From Eledone cirrhosa (Eukaryota): a stretch of DNA of 64,000 nucleotides. The notes under the pieces are model-generated. The model did no database searches, was not told the origin of the DNA, and saw only the letters and a list, made by a program, of their open reading frames with translations. The stretch lies in assembly GCA_964016885.1 (NCBI GenBank), contig OZ024743.1:286192001-286256000 (forward strand), given 5' to 3'. Below are positions 1 through 11,217 of the stretch, in pieces; the stretch's first letter is position 1, and every line of letters begins with the position of its first letter. A program made the translations under genes and the position numbers.

Positions 1-1
1 A

Positions 2-250
2 CAATACATAGGCCAGACCAAAAACAGCATCCGCCAACGCATGACTGTCCATAGATCCCAAATTAAAATACGGGAATACAGGAAAATACCACTGAGTGAA
101 CACATTGATACCTGTGCCGCCCAAAATCATCCCAACTTCAGAATATTTCCCCTCTACAAATTTAAAGATAATGCCACCCACACCGAGCGCATCAGCAAGG
201 AATCTTACTTTATTAACAAATACGGACCCCGTCTAAACACTTCTCCCTAA
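2..250 (+). mobile_element. Penelope-like element, C-terminal GIY-YIG endonuclease end (continues from before the window)
   Basis: Frame from nt 2 reads QYIGQTKNSIRQRMTVHRSQI...LSEHID...KESYFINKYGPRLN*. This has the YIG motif and the R, H, E and terminal N residues typical of PLE GIY-YIG domains. Confidence 0.8.
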
Positions 251-464
251 GACGAACCCACAACATACACACGTCAACATACATACCTACATCAGCATAC
301 ATCTCTACCTACATATAAACACAATGACATACGTAAACACACATGTTCTATGGTGCAACACAAATATACACAAATTTGCATACCTTTTGATGTCTATAGA
401 TATAAACGTGCCGACACACACACATACATAAACGCACACATGCATTGCACACTGATGGGCACAT

Positions 465-740
465 ACATATTTGTGCACAGGTATTCCAATACGGCAAGGC
501 CTAATGAATTCCCCTTGCAGTACGTACAATCTGGACACACTCCAGATACATATTTGTGCACAGGTATACAATTTCTGGACACACTCCAGAAACATGTGTA
601 CAATTTGTGCACAGGTATACAATTTGTGCACAGGTATACAATTTCTGGACACACTCCAGATACATATTTGTGCACAGGTATTCCAATACGGCAAGGCCTA
701 ATGGATCCCCCTTGCAGTACGTACAATCTGGACACACTCA
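465..740. repeat. Complex tandem repeat (~75-bp duplicated unit plus TTGTGCACAGGTATACAATTT sub-repeats)
   Basis: CATATTTGTGCACAGGTATTCCAATACGGCAAGGCCTAATG...CTGGACACACTC occurs at ~467 and ~664, with shorter sub-repeats between them. Confidence 0.85.
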
Positions 741-1088
741 CACACACCTTTTATACTATATATCATTTCACACCTTTTATTATTAAGGTTTTTGATGTTC
801 TATTGAGAGAATCGATTTTACTGAAAATATCGAATAATGTACACCATTTTACCAGTAATAAATACTGGTTGACCCACACACACTCACACACACACACACA
901 CACATACATATATATAGACACACACATACACACGTGTACATTAACATACAAAGAACCCCCCCCCCCACACACACACACTTCTCCGTATAAGACAAGAGGT
1001 GAAAAAATATCTTTTAACATGTTAAACTATCCCCCACACACTTACAGACACATTCGTACTGACCATCCCTCTACCACGAATTACTCTG

Positions 1089-1160
<72 letters not shown>

Positions 1161-1409
1161 TTGTTGTGAAAGACTTATTTCTCAGTCAGCCGACACAAAC
1201 CTACATTTGGCGCAAAATCAATTTTTTACATTCACATGATCTCTACCGACCAATCAAAATTATTTTGACCACAAGAATTTTTGCAACACGAATTGACGCA
1301 AAACTTATTTTAATACCGCTGGAGCCACTTTTTTTAACATAAAAACAGGTAGAATTCCCAAAACTAATCAGATCAGAGCAAACATCACGGACGCTCTATC
1401 TCAAAATTA

Positions 1410-1445
1410 TTTTTGAAAAGCATTAGAAATGCGCAACCGGTAAAA
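1410..1445 (+). ncRNA. Degenerate minimal type I hammerhead (U3-A8 core variant) in a PLE pLTR-like region
   Basis: TTT-TTGAAAA-GCAT tagaa ATGC-GCAAC-CG-GTA-AAA, with GAAAC mutated to GCAAC. Flanks 1320-1450 are homologous to 59170-59300 (minus). Confidence 0.55.
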
Positions 1446-1763
1446 ACCAAAACTCAATACTAACCAATACTATTACTAATTCTCACTTATTCCTAATTAA
1501 ACTATTTTTCACCGTGAACAATTTGTCAGCATTTTCTATTCCGTTTACCAATATATCATAACTTGTGTGTTACACCTCTATTCTTTTAAATATATATATA
1601 TTAGTAAGTAAGTTAATTTTTAATTTTTAAAATTTTCTTATTTTACGTCTTTCATATAATTGTTCTGCATCCCCCTGCATTGAACCACCTAGGTACTTTG
1701 ACATAACTTATATATTTACTAGTATTAGTGTACATCTGTACGCATATGTTGGTAGATGTATTA

Positions 1764-1867
<104 letters not shown>

Positions 1868-1878
1868 TATATACATAC

Positions 1879-1993
1879 CAGTGGCGAAGGGTAACCTGGA
1901 AAGCAGGGCATGCAGTCCAATCGCCATGGCGGAGAGTGGGGCTGTGCAGCCTTACCTCCCCCTACATGCGGTCAAAGCCGCATGTAGTGTTAT

Positions 1994-2037
<44 letters not shown>

Positions 2038-2414
2038 CTTTTTATGTATCTACGATTTAGTAAGCAGTCAAAATTCTGCTTGCCCCAAAGCTGTCGTGTG
2101 TTTGTGTGTATGTCTTTGTGTGTATGTATGTCTGTGTGTATGTGTTTGTGTGTATGTCTTTGTGTGTATGTATGTCTGTGTGTATGTGTTTGTGTGTATG
2201 TCTTTGTGTGTATGTATGTCTGTGTGTATGTGTTTGTGTGTATGTCTTTGTGTGTATGTATGTCTGTGTGTATGTGTTTGTGTGTATGTATGTCTGTGTG
2301 TTATCTTTTTATGTGTCTATACGTTTTAGTAAGCAGCCAAAATTCTGCTTGTTTCAACCGACGCAATTGATCAACTCAAGATTCTATAACGCATGCACGG
2401 ACCCTTTGCCCCTG
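1879..2414. mobile_element. Non-autonomous hAT-like element carrying a GT-rich minisatellite
   Basis: TIRs CAGTGGCGAAGGGT / ACCCTTTGCCCCTG (12/14 match). 8-bp TSD ATACATAC at 1871-1878 and 2415-2422. Confidence 0.65.
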
Positions 2415-2446
2415 ATACATACATACATATATATTTGGGGGATACC

Positions 2447-2493
<47 letters not shown>

Positions 2494-2496
<3 letters not shown>

Positions 2497-2670
2497 TGAA
2501 ATTCCGTTATAACGAAATTCACGGAATAAAAAAACAAAAAAACTCGATGTAACGAAAAATTCTTTATAACGAGACCAACCAAACACATCGAGCTTGTGGC
2601 CGGGGATTGCAAAAAAATTCGTTATACTAAAAATTCGTTATAATGGTATTCGTTATAACGGAATTTTACC
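2494..2670. mobile_element. pogo/Tigger-like MITE
   Basis: TIRs CAGTGAAATTCCGTTATAACGAA ... TTCGTTATAACGGAATTTTACCT, in a TA context, with internal TTCGTTATA repeats. Confidence 0.65.
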
Positions 2671-2677
2671 TACATAT

Positions 2678-2762
2678 ATAAAGGTTGTCCACCAAAAATT
2701 TATACACATATTTATTAGAATGCTGTTGAAGTGTGTATACATATTTTTGGGACACCCTGTAT
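2678..2762. mobile_element. Tc1/mariner-like MITE
   Basis: Right end reverse-complements to TACAGGGTGTCCCAAAAATATGTATACACA and matches the degenerate left end AAGGTTGTCCACCAAAAATTTATACACA. Confidence 0.55.
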
Positions 2763-3157
2763 ATATATATATTTTACTTGCTGTGTATTTCAGCATTTTT
2801 CTTTATTTTTTCCACATTTTATTTCGCTTATTTATTTTCCTCTTATTATTTATCGTCTCAATTCTCTTTCAAAATCAATAATACTCTCCCGTTTCTCTTT
2901 TATCTCCTCTCTCTATCTTCGTCTTTCTCAAAACTACTCTCTCTCTCTCATCCCATTTATACTATTTCTCTCCTCCTACCCACTTTTCTCTTATACCTCC
3001 TCATTTTTTCCTTCATAGAGACGAGAGCGGAGAAAACTGTTTTATATTTACTCTTTCTCATTTTTTCCTTCTCTTTGTCTCTATCTTTCTTTGAAACTTC
3101 TGTTCTTTCATCAAACGAGTCGTCGTCGCCGTCGCCGTCGCCGTCGTCGTCGTCGTC

Positions 3158-3408
3158 GACAGGACTCGCTGGAATGAGTGTTTGAAGACTCTGCTCCCAC
3201 TTCCCCCTCAGGAGGAGGAGGAGCTCGTCCTCCTCGTCCTCCTCCTCGTCCTCGTCCTCCTCCTCGTCCTCGTCCTCCTCCTCGTCCTCCTCCTCCTCCT
3301 CCCCATTCTCCTCCTCCTCCTCCTGAGGGGGAAGTGGGAGCAGAGTTCTCAAACACTCATTCCAGCGAGTCCTGTCACGAGCAACCGTCTCCAACTGACC
3401 CGGCTGTT
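3158..3408. mobile_element. Two RTE-like LINE 3' ends in inverted (tail-to-tail) orientation around a (TCC)/(TCG) tract
   Basis: 3158-3223 is the reverse complement of ~3311-3376. The minus frame reads QLETVARDRTRWNECLRTLLPLPPQEEE, homologous to 9959-10200. Confidence 0.7.
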
Positions 3409-4342
3409 CTTCTGTTCCTCTATCTCTGTTTTGTCTAAAGTAATCCAATCGGAACTCTTCATGTCTTATTTTAAAAAATATATATTATCCTCTCGTTTTC
3501 TCTCCACATTCTTCTCTCTTCTATTTTCACCAAAAGCACTCACAGAATCATCGTCATTGTCGTTTGCAGTCTTTCGAGTAACAGACAGCTTTGATGTTTA
3601 AAACAAAGAAAATAACTAGAAAACTTTAGAATCTAGGACGATCGATATTGATTGTCGTTGGCGTAACCATTGACAAAATTGCTATCATAATATGATAATG
3701 AAAGAGTTAATCCTTTCATTGCCATATTTCTGACCAGATATATTGCCTATCATTTGAAATTAACTTTGAAAATCAAAAAATTTGGAGGAATTTAGTAAAT
3801 ATTTTTTCTTATCATTTATTTCACTAGCTGTGTATGAATTTAAAAAGGTGCATAACAGAAAAAAAGTATGATACACTATTTACAAATAAAAAAATAAAAG
3901 TTCTTAGAAATGGAATGAAGTGGTTCATCAGGCTAGTGAGGCCATCGAGTAGGATTATAGTAAAAAAAAACTATCATCCTTTTCATAACAGCCTGAAATA
4001 TCAGAAAGCAGGTGTTTGGAAGATACCATAACGAAGTATTCTGAGATAAAATTTATGATGGACAGTTTTAGTTTAAATATGAGGAATTTAAAAAAGACAG
4101 AAACATGGTCGGTTTGGGGCGAGTTGATGTAGGGCTAGCCTAGGGTGTTAAATACCCAGACACCAGCTCTAGTAACCGGCCTGCTCTGTGGTAGAAAACA
4201 CTGAGTATGATCGATGACATGCACATGTAACAGGATTCCTTGAAAAGTTTGTTTTTTCTTATTCCTCCCAGAAGAATGAAATTTCCATGGTTTTGTGGAA
4301 AATTAGTTTGACTTCTGGCTTCAAGTGAATACTATCCTTCAG

Positions 4343-4648
4343 ACGCAGCATGGTCTAATGGCTAAGATTTCGCTTTGCAATCGTTAGGTCCCGGATTCGA
4401 TCCACTACGTGGCATCTTGGGAAAGTGTCATTTACATAGTTCGAGTAAAAGGAAATTGTTTGGAAGTCCGTCAGATGGACTGTACTTTTAATTCTAAATC
4501 CAAACATAGTCACATAATTTGTCAGGCTGAATCTCTCTGGTACACGTATCTGTGAAATCCTCAGCCACATACATGCTAATTTCATGACTAGGCTGTTCCG
4601 TTGATCAAACAAATGGAACACTCATCGTTGAAACGAACGGAGGTCCAT
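4343..4648 (+). mobile_element. tRNA-derived SINE with CORE-like central segment
   Basis: A-box-like TGGTCTAATGG, B-box-like GGATTCGATCC, then the CORE-like GTGGCATCTTGGGAAAGTGTC. Confidence 0.55.
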
Positions 4649-5049
4649 TGGAGTACATTATCCTAGCCGTTTCTTTGAAGACATTAGAGTATTCCTCTAC
4701 TAAATTTACCAACTGTGACCTGATTCAGGACATTTAAAAAAGACATTCTGAGTATGTATACATATATATTGTTATGAAATACGTGAAGTTGTATATCTGG
4801 CGACATATCGGTATCGTTATAAATAAACATTTAGAAAGCCTTCAGCTATGGATTTGAAAACTGATAGCATAGCGCAATCTAGCGTGTTCCAACAGAAGCA
4901 AAGTACGGGCAACCAGTGATGATGACGTCATCATTTCTGACTTTTGCTCGTTGCTGCTAATAAAAACACACGCTCCTGTTGGTTTTCACTTCAATTTATT
5001 ACAAATTTCCGGTTGGCTGGTTCAATAATCGGATGATTGTTTATTTATT

Positions 5050-5092
5050 GTCAAAGCTCTTTCGTCACACATTCTGTGACCTCCTCAGTGAC
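5050..5092 (-). ncRNA. Minimal type I hammerhead ribozyme motif (PLE-type)
   Basis: Minus strand: GTCA-CTGAGGA-G-GTCACA gaatg TGTGAC-GAAAG-AG-CTT-TGAC. Stem I is GTCA/TGAC and stem II is GTCACA/TGTGAC. Confidence 0.65.
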
Positions 5093-5514
5093 TGATTTGT
5101 TATTTTGTGTCTCTCCTTTGTTCTGACTTACATCATCTTGCTTTTGTATGTTGTGTGCTGTATACGAAGGTCACTGAATTTATTTCTGCAAGCTCCGGCC
5201 ACTACTCACTCAATGAGATAATAGGCTTGCGAGTGAGAAAATGCAAGTTATCATTCAGAGTGTACACAATAGTTAATTAGTAAGTAATGGTACTTCCATA
5301 TCAAATTCCTGGACGGATCTAGTTTCTGCGCAGCAATCTTTCTATATTAGTTATTAAAAGAGTTATATGCATAGAATTGCCTTATGTCAGCCGATATTGA
5401 TTATGCAGTTGGGACTGCAGCGCGTCTTCGAGCAGATTTGCAATATAAAATCGAGCAACCAATATATAATAGAAACGTTTAACTTACACAGGAAGCAAGT
5501 CAGCCAAACTGGAT

Positions 5515-5859
<345 letters not shown>

Positions 5860-5910
5860 TATATATATAATTTAGCGAAGGTATTTTATATATAAATATA
5901 TATATATATA

Positions 5911-6433
5911 AATACATAATCGGAGAAAGCTAATAGCGATACTACGGCCAAATTCCAACTCACTCAGGAAATACCTGAGTATATTCCTAATTAAACGTTC
6001 GGGGTGCTAACTAATTGTATTGTGTGGAAAATTGGCTGTATCATTCCATATGAGATATATCAAATATATCACTTCCCATACGACTCGTTTCATTATAAGA
6101 TTTCTACAAGTTGGTTGAAATTATACCAAATTATGTAGAAGCTTGTATAAGATCAACAGATACTTATTCAAGTGGGCTCTTATAATTCTTCAGTGGGTGC
6201 CCAATAATATTAATATTGATAACCAAATCAACATCAATATTTAGCGATAATCACCATCAGTGCTTGAGGGAGCTGCTAGGTTGTTAGTCCAGCAGTTCTA
6301 AAGAAAATCTCACACTGTCTCGAAAATAGGAGGAAGGAAACTACCGCCAAAAAAAACAATACATGCGCAGGTCATTGAACTCTGAAAAGAATTCAAGCCA
6401 CGTGCTAGAACTCAATTGGATATGAAAAAATAA

Positions 6434-6436
<3 letters not shown>
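5911..6436 (-). mobile_element. Hammerhead-bearing non-coding repeat (PLE pLTR or retrozyme-like), homologous to 55978-56530
   Basis: Co-linear similarity with 55978-56530 (e.g. GGGGTGCTAACTA, GTTTCATTATAAG, TATGTAGAAGC, GAACTCAATT). Flanked by (TA)n. Confidence 0.65.
6075..6197 (-). ncRNA. Intact type I hammerhead ribozyme with long branched stem II
   Basis: Minus strand: CCCA-CTGAAGA-ATTATAAG...CTTATAAT-GAAAC-GAGTC-GTA-TGGG. Stems I and II are perfect, there is an internal helix TTCTACA/TGTAGAA, and the cleavage triplet is GUA. Confidence 0.75.
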
Positions 6437-6491
<55 letters not shown>

Positions 6492-6499
<8 letters not shown>

Positions 6500-7168
6500 G
6501 GAAATCAGTAAAATCGAATCTCTGGCGGTTTGCAAGTAAATTCGGCCTACTTATATGAAGTGATGAGTTAGCAAAGCACTCGATAAGATAGGTCTCAGAG
6601 TTATAACATACGTTTAAATAGCTTGACAAATCGAACATTGTGATAGGCTAAACTAACACACAATATATACCAAAGGAACGATAGAACTAATCAGGTTGAG
6701 AAAAATACACCTGGACAAATCAAACGGACATACGTTTAAAGTGTTTCTCCGAATCCGAAATCAACTATCAGACTTACTTGAATGGCAAGATCGTGGTATT
6801 GGTGACTGAACAGAGGACTCAGTTTATCAACAGGTTTTCGTTCTGCTTAGAACCAGGAGTGATAAAATATGTTGCCGCTCGGATGGCTGCTAATCGAATC
6901 TATAGTTATCACGTGTTAATTCCGGCAAGGGAAATAACCCCCGGTTTTTGGCGGGTCAATTCAAATGCTAGCGAATGGAAATATTTTAATTTCCGCTAAT
7001 CATCATGATAAGCTCTCGACTAGATGTTATAAAACTAACACAAATAATTAACCAATCAACAGAATTTTCCAATTAAATTAATTGGTTAATTATTAAATCT
7101 AGGAGATTAATATAATTGGAAATCAGTAAAATCGAATCTCTGGCGGTTTGCAAGTAAATTCGGCCTAC
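6492..7168. mobile_element. Non-coding element with ~58-bp terminal direct repeat, inserted in (TA)n
   Basis: ATATAATTGGAAATCAGTAAAATCGAATCTCTGGCGGTTTGCAAGTAAATTCGGCCTAC occurs at ~6492-6550 and ~7110-7168. Confidence 0.6.
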
Positions 7169-7283
7169 ATATATATTTATATATAAAACACCTTCGCTAA
7201 ATTATCAGTCCCCTTCACCAATCAAGGAAAAAAAAAAAGAGGGCCCGTAATTCCCTGCATGCTTTTATTATATTTCAGCTGTT

Positions 7284-7498
7284 AGGGTAGAGGATTGGCA
7301 GTATCGATAGAGCGTCGGACATCATGCTTCGTGGTATAGAGTTACGACCCTTTACGTTCTGAGATCAAATACCGCCAAGGTTTGCTTTGCCTTTCATCCT
7401 TACGGGGTTGATAAAATAAAGTACCAGTCACGCGCTGGGGTCGATTTAATCGACATTCCCCTCCCCAAAATTGCTGGCTTTGTGCCTATATAAGAATC
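7284..7498 (+). mobile_element. tRNA-derived Nin/Deu-domain SINE
   Basis: A box TGGCAGTATCG, degenerate B box GAGATCAAATAC, and Nin/Deu-like GCCTTTCATCCTTACGGGGTTGATAAAATAAAGTACCAG. Confidence 0.8.
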
Positions 7499-7729
7499 CA
7501 GTATATTTCAGCTGTTGTTTTTGCTGCTGCCGCTGCTGCTACTGCTACTGCTACTACTACTACTAGATATATTTTTGAATCTTAATGTCTAATGGAATAT
7601 TGAGTGTAGTACTGAGTTGCAATATTGTTATTAGGTTTCAACTATCTAAGTACTAACTGAAGAAATCGTTATTAGGTTTCAACTGAACGTAAGTTCCTAC
7701 CACAGCTTTTATCGGTATTTCAATATATC

Positions 7730-8175
7730 CATACCCCTCGGTATGACGCAATGAATGACATCAGAAGAAGCCTTCACGCCACCGGTTTCCCATCACAACT
7801 GAAAGCTGCTGGCCTTGGCCGTGGTAACAGTAAGCACCCAGACGAGATAACTCTTTTCCCGTTCGAGGTGGGAGGGGGATAAATCTACATGCTGTGGAAC
7901 GTTCTCCTTTTCCAAACCTTGTCGCTTCAACCACAAACCTGAGCTCTGCTGCCCGTAACGCAGAGGAGCGGAAGATATCGAAATACCGGGGCTTGGCCGA
8001 CTGCTTCCTTTTTGTGCCTGTCATCGTCGAGACTTCCGGTGTTCTTGGTCCAGAAATTACCGCTTAACTTAGCGAAATCAAGGGGGCTACATGGTTGATG
8101 CAGAGGCTATTTTCCGTGACAATGCTTTTGTCATCTTGCCCACGGGGAAGCTGAGATATACTGCCTAACCAGAGG
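7730..8175 (+). pseudogene. CRE-clade non-LTR retrotransposon C-terminal RLE remnant
   Basis: Broken frames read PRYDAMNDIRRSL, GFPSQLKAAGLGRGNSKHPDEITLFPF and AARNAEERKISKYRGLADCFLFVPVIVETSGVLGPE. These match CRE-type RH..LND/RPDG/E..K..KY/VETLGPWG motifs. Confidence 0.7.
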
Positions 8176-8208
8176 TATAGAGTTTGCTTTTCCCTTCCAC
8201 CTTTCAGT

Positions 8209-8340
8209 GGAGGCACGTGACGTAATAGTAAGGGTGTTGGACATACGACCATAATGTCGTGGGTTCGATTCCTGGACTGTGTGTGTTGTGTTCTTTATTT
8301 CCCGTTGCTCCATTATACTCAGCTAAAAATGAATATCAAC
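8209..8340 (+). mobile_element. Degenerate tRNA-derived SINE fragment
   Basis: tRNA-like head GGAGGCACGTG...GGGTTCGATTCC (B box). Confidence 0.5.
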
Positions 8341-8739
8341 AATAGCTTGGAGTTTAACCCTGCAATATATGTGCGTGTGTGTATGTATGTGTCCCTTCTA
8401 AAGTCAAACAATCGAAGTAATAAAAAAAGCCGATTGTCTCAGTTGATCAGAACGTCAAACTAATACTGCGAATGCCGCACTTTCGATCTCAATACTTTTT
8501 TTTATTATTCTATTATCTACGTGTAGACATTCATGTTATGAGTTTGACTATCACTCAGATCGACTTTACTTTTATTAGGTGAACATATAACGAACTTGAA
8601 ATATTGTTATTTTAAACCTTAAATTGAATATAGCCTGACGTGAATCACTCTTTAAATGTTTCTTTATCGTTGTTTCAAATATCTAGTAACGTAATAAGGA
8701 CCCTTAATTAATAAATGAAACAAAATATATCCTGAACAC

Positions 8740-9605
8740 TATAGATCTTGCTTGCAGTCTGACCTGGACACAATGCAACAATGGATCTCAGACTGGCAAC
8801 TCAAGCTAGCTGTGGACAAGTGCACCACCATGCATTTTGGGAGTAAAAACCCAGCGTCCACATACTCCCTCCACAGCACTAATATCAAGAAGTCTTCTTG
8901 TGAACGTGACCTGGGCATTACGGTCAGCAGCGATTTGCGTTGGACGAGGCACGTCTCTAAAATTGTCAAGAGGGCCGAGGGTGTCTTAGCATCACTCAGC
9001 AAGACCTTTGTCAGCCGCTCTCCAGATATCTATTTAAGGCTGTATACAGCTATGGTGCGATCACACTTAGAATTTGCATCACCAGTCTGGAACCCCTATC
9101 TTGCTCAGGACATTGACCGCCTGGAAACTGTTCAGAGACGCGCAACCAAGCGAATACCCTCCATCAGGCATCTACCATACTCTGAGCGCCTTGCTTCCCT
9201 GGGCATGGATTCATTGAAGCTCCGACGCCTGGTAACTGACTTGGTAAACACCCACAAAATTGTTAACCATGTTGCCAACAACAACCCTGAGTACCTTTTT
9301 GATTTCCATGTGTCTAACACACGTGGACATGCCCACAAAGTAAGAAAACAGCACAGTTCCCATGACTTTCGGAAACATTTTTTCACGCTCAAAGTTGCTG
9401 AAGCATGGAACAAACTACCTGCATCAGTTGTTAGCTGTCGAGACACTGCATCCTTTAAGGCCTCCATGCTTCCCGAGATCCGCCAACACTACAGCTAACA
9501 CATACACACATGTACTTCCCTGACATTTGTGTATTATTCTATGTACTATATTGACGAGTTGTAGTGCACCTGAGCACTTTACACAATAATTTCATTATTA
9601 TTATA
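8740..9605 (+). mobile_element. 5'-truncated CR1-group LINE (RT C-terminus, 3' UTR, (ATT)n tail)
   Basis: ORF 8752-9498 has DLDTMQQW..DWQLKLAVDKC, ERDLGI, RSHLEFASPVWNPY, LETVQRRATK and TRGH..K. It ends in CATTATTATTAT. Confidence 0.85.
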
Positions 9606-9956
9606 ATAATCACCTGAGTGCAAGTCACTCAATAAAATCGTTTGTATCATGTTCTACTTTCAATTCGAATGAATACTGCCATTGCATTAATAATGTATAA
9701 AAAGACTAGTAACAGTGACTTACTAATACTCAGCTGATCGTAGGTTTATTACCATGTGTGCATTAACTTTCGATTATATTCTTACTAATATTTTTTGTTT
9801 TGTTTATTATTTAAGAACGTTACTAGTTTGGATCTCGCTGAGCTCAAATCTTTATTGTGGGAACATAATTCGATAGAGTGCGTAGCTCGGAGATTAGAGA
9901 GTAATTCCAGATAGAGCCGCTACTTCTCCTAATTAAGAGATCACAGCTCCGATACT

Positions 9957-10200
9957 ATGTGGAAGTGGTTAGAATGTCTCCGGAAAGAACCGCTGGGCAG
10001 ATTTTACGAGCAAAGCCAACAGGCAGGAGACCCAGTGGTGGAACTCGAGCAAGATGGTTTGATAACATACATGAGCTTGGCTGGTCTTGCTTGTGGATCC
10101 AGCTGGATCAATTGGAGACGGTTGCTTCTGATAGGACCCGCTGGTTGGTGTGTTTGAGGACTCTACACCCACGATCCTCCCAAGAAGAAGAAGAAAACAT
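9957..10200 (+). mobile_element. RTE-clade LINE 3' fragment
   Basis: Reads GRRPSGGTRARWFDNI...LETVASDRTRW and ends in a (GAA)n tail. Confidence 0.65.
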
Positions 10201-10224
10201 TAAATATACTTTGATCTTTACCTC

Positions 10225-10525
10225 CTTCTTGCTCTTGCTCGTTGGCACTGGGGTCATCCTAGGTCAGTGATCCCAGCAGCCACATCGTGAATAGAGCCGT
10301 GCCAGCCCCTCTACATCCTCCAAGGTGACGTCAAGCCTCTGGAGATCTTCCTTGATGACATCCAGCCATCTGGTGTGGTGCTTGCCGCGGGGCCTCTTCC
10401 AGCCTGTAGCTGCAGCGTCGAATCAGAGTTAAGGCCCTGGTAGGATGATCTGGTGACAGGAAGACGACGCGTCCGTATCAGCGCATGCGGCGGATGGCTG
10501 AGGCGGGAGGCTGCGGACTGATGCA
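10225..10525 (-). mobile_element. Second RTE-clade LINE 3' fragment
   Basis: A minus frame reads GWKRPRGKHHTRWLDVIKEDLQRLDVTLEDVEGLAR. Confidence 0.6.
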
Positions 10526-11217
10526 AAAACATTAAATTAAATATATTGTATTAAATCTCTGGTTAATTAATTTTTTTTTCATTTCTCAAATATATCAAGA
10601 ACTAAAAAATAAGGTCGTTATCTATCATGTATTTCTAAATGTTTGTATGTTCCATTTTTCTCGCCTAATGCTTTAAGCATATCTTCCTACTTCTCGTTAC
10701 GCTTTTATCGCCCCTCTTTCTTTTGTATGCTATCATTATTGTGCTTAATTAATGTTTTTACAACTTTGCCTCTTATTACAATTCTTTCTCTTATATTTTT
10801 ACTAACTTTTATTTTCACCCATACGCCTCTTTTCCTATCTTTCATTCTTTGTCTTTCCTGTCTATCTCTCCCATTCTATCTCTTATTCTTTTAGTTTCTC
10901 CTTAACAGTCAGTCTGTATGCATTGGTTTTCTTTCACTTAAAAGTGCATTTGTATTATTTCTTATATGGGCACAACGCCAGAAATTTTGTTAGGAGGGAA
11001 TAGTGGATTATATTGATCAGTATTAGACTGGTAACTGTTTTATCGACATCAGAAGGATAAAAAAACATTAACAGGGCCACGTAGAAGCTGTACTACAATT
11101 ACAATGTCTACTCCACTGGTACAGCCAAATCAATTGAAGTGCTGTCATGATTGTGTTCAGGATTGTTAATGATATAACGGTTAACTGATGATATAAAACT
11201 GGGATTCATTACAATTA

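Noticed and set aside
465-740. Repeat-spacer pattern resembling CRISPR
   Set aside because: It is irregular tandem duplication with no unique spacers and no cas genes, in a eukaryotic context.
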